Shown: positions 62,221 through 64,000 of the stretch, in pieces
Position numbering within the stretch: the first letter of the stretch is position 1
Layout: the number at the start of each line of letters is the position of its first letter
NCBI GenBank assembly: GCA_965113315.1
Contig: OZ220367.1
Origin: Podarcis vaucheri
Lineage: Eukaryota
DNA: 64,000 bases
Strand: one strand, 5' to 3'
Made by a program: the position numbers and the translations under genes
Notes under the pieces: model-generated
Databases searched by the model: none
Told to the model about the DNA's origin: nothing
The model's input: the letters and a program-made list of their open reading frames with translations, nothing else

Positions 62221-62839
62221 CTGCACATTCCAAGATTCTGTTGTATTCAGTTTTCCAGAACACAGTCCTTGAGAAGTATGACTATTCAACTGTTCTTAAC
62301 ACGAGAGTCATTTTCAGCATCATACTGGACAACCAAACCCCTTGCCTGACCTTGACTAAATCCTTCTCTCTTAGCATTAGTTCCCATAAGGAAATTCACA
62401 GCAACACATGGATTGTGTTTATGGATCTTCTGCCACAATTCTGTTATCTAGCCTTGGACAAACCTCTTTCCTCAGTCTTTGTCAAGGTGACAGATACAAG
62501 ATGGTACAGATCACAGAGCGGGTGAGGCATGGAGCAGAGCTGGGGTGGAACTCTTGAGCATCAAACTAGTGCTCACTTTGGAAATATAAAAACTGAAAGC
62601 AATCCAAACACAGATCCTTTGTTAATACCTAAGAACTATCCTAGTCCTTTCAACACCGGGTGTGAAGTTTAGAGAACACTATCTGTACAGAATTAGCAGA
62701 AGCCAAATTTGGTAGGAATGGCTTGAATAGCACGTGACCTGCAAATTCTGCATATCAACACCATACTGTGGACAATACCCTCTTTATAATCACATTACAA
62801 GGATACAACCCGACAAAAAAGGACTTGACTCCAATTAAA

Positions 62840-63890
62840 AGGCCCATACGCCGAAAAAAAGCCCGCAAAAGCGGTGCCATTAAAACCCAGCTGTCCTGCT
62901 ACAAAGGAGCGGGGGTTTCGGGACAGAATGGAAGAGCCGAGACGGACCTCCCGTAAAAAAAAACAGTATAATCCTCGGAACACAGAAGGCGAATCTTGCA
63001 AGCCGACGAAACAGGCCTCCACGTGCGGGAAGCCCGCAGACAATGGCTGGCCGTAGACAAAACTTCAGGCGGCGGAATCACTGGGAACCGGGCGGAAAAC
63101 GCGCCTGGGCCTGAGGGAGGGCCTAACGGAGGCCCCGGAGCGAGTGAGGAAGGGGCCGGAGGCCTGGAGAGCCGAGCGCCGTGTACGGAGAGGGGAGGTC
63201 GTGACGGAGGGTCGAGGAGAGCGAAGGGCCTCCCCGCCTTCGCCCTGCGAGAGGAGAGGGAAGTGGGGGAAGGGCCGCGCCTCTCACCTTGGCCTCGCGC
63301 GCCGGGGGCCTCTCTCCGTCCCGTCAGGCCTCAGGAGAAGCGGCTGTACTCGCGCGCGCGCGCACCCACGCGAGATTTGCCACCCCCCCTCCCGACCCCC
63401 AACGAACGTCGCCCCCTCCCTTCTTGCTGCTTCCTAGCGACGACGCCAAGAGCCCGGTCGGCGGAAATGAACGCTCGCGAGAGGGGGAAGCCGGACCTGA
63501 CGAAGAAGCCGGATCACATGACCACTCCGGGGGTGGGGAAAGCACAAACCAAGAGGAAGATCGAAACCGATACTTCCGACTCCCAGTTGCGATTCCTTGG
63601 AATCCTCCATGTGCGGGGCGAGAGTGGCGGAAGTGCAAAATAAGTAGCGTTCGGCATGTGAGAGTCAACGCAAAAAACCCAATCTCGCCGCAGGGCTTAT
63701 TATTTAAACTGATCGAATCTTCTAGGGGGGAATCGGAGCGGGATTTCTGCCCTTCTGAAATAATTATTTTGGCGGGGGGCACCGCTGCTTTTAACTGCCT
63801 TGTGCTCAGGTTCTCCTCGCTGGTTCCTCGCAGGCCTCTGGCTGGCCAATGAGAACAGGGCGCGGGACTAGGTGGGCCATTGGCCTGACA
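62840..63890. promoter_or_regulatory. CpG-island promoter of SMNDC1
   Basis: Abrupt rise in GC and CpG; ETS-like GGCGGAAGTG near 63626, TCTCGCGAG (BANP/ZBTB33-type) at 63474-63482, CCAAT 63846-63850, ATTGG 63879-63883, CACGTG 63020-63025. Confidence 0.9.
63288..63480 (-). other. SMNDC1: SMNDC1 non-coding exon 1 (5' UTR); start site approximate
   Basis: Strong donor GCCAAG|gtgaga at 63288/63287 inside the CpG island; exon 2 begins at the ATG, so an upstream exon is required. The 5' end is a guess (about 63470-63640). Confidence 0.7.
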
Positions 63891-63928
63891 TGTTATGCAC
63901 CTGGAAATAAGCCCTATTGGATCCCAAA

Positions 63929-64000
63929 GGAGCAAGACTCTTAACGTCAAGGTCATGGGTTTGAGCCCCACGTTGGGCAAAAGTTTCCTGCCTTGCAGGG
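63929..64000 (+). mobile_element. tRNA-Lys(CTT)-derived SINE fragment, running off the window
   Basis: gactcttaa...ggtcatgggtttgagccccacgttgggc matches the 3' two-thirds of tRNA-Lys-CTT, then continues into SINE body (aaaag.ttcctgc.ttgcaggg); 5' acceptor arm is missing. Confidence 0.75.

Noticed and set aside
63434-63610. 58-codon minus-strand uORF (MEDSKESQ...) upstream of SMNDC1
   Set aside because: Its ATG lies among the promoter motifs and probably upstream of most start sites; unsupported without start-site data.
62996-63980. Long overlapping ORFs of 215, 187 and 218 aa
   Set aside because: GC-rich CpG-island sequence is poor in stop codons; low-complexity translations with no recognisable domain.
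63929-63980. tRNA-Lys gene
   Set aside because: 5' acceptor stem and A box are missing, the T loop is mutated (GGTTTGAG), and it continues into SINE body.

Overview
Vertebrate nuclear DNA from a squamate reptile, probably a lacertid lizard (inferred from Sauria SINEs, a tRNA-Lys-headed SINE, CR1/L2 LINEs and hAT/mariner MITEs). The window holds two convergent genes. On +, the 3' part of MXI1 (MAX interactor 1): four coding exons at 7943-7972, 38447-38561, 40927-41098 and 43975-44138 and a long 3' UTR; the 5' exons lie upstream of the window. On -, the complete SMNDC1/SPF30 gene: non-coding exon 1 in a CpG island at about 63.3-63.6 kb and five coding exons from 61793 to 54096 that splice to a 717-nt, 238-aa ORF. 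Nearly all ORFs in the supplied track are spurious; the only long real one is a 5'-truncated CR1 reverse transcriptase fragment. No prokaryote-type system is present. The best signals are post-transcriptional: (1) an apparently intact two-switch NMD autoregulation module in SMNDC1 (candidate poison exon in intron 2 and an alternative acceptor exactly 17 nt upstream of exon 4); (2) a candidate 24-nt in-frame microexon that would interrupt the MXI1 DNA-binding basic region; (3) two bidirectional poly(A)-signal clusters between the convergent genes; (4) a Tigger1-like transposon derivative resembling the mammalian element, a horizontal-transfer candidate. Homology calls come from recall of the human proteins and repeat consensi, not from searches. 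Exon numbers follow the human genes.
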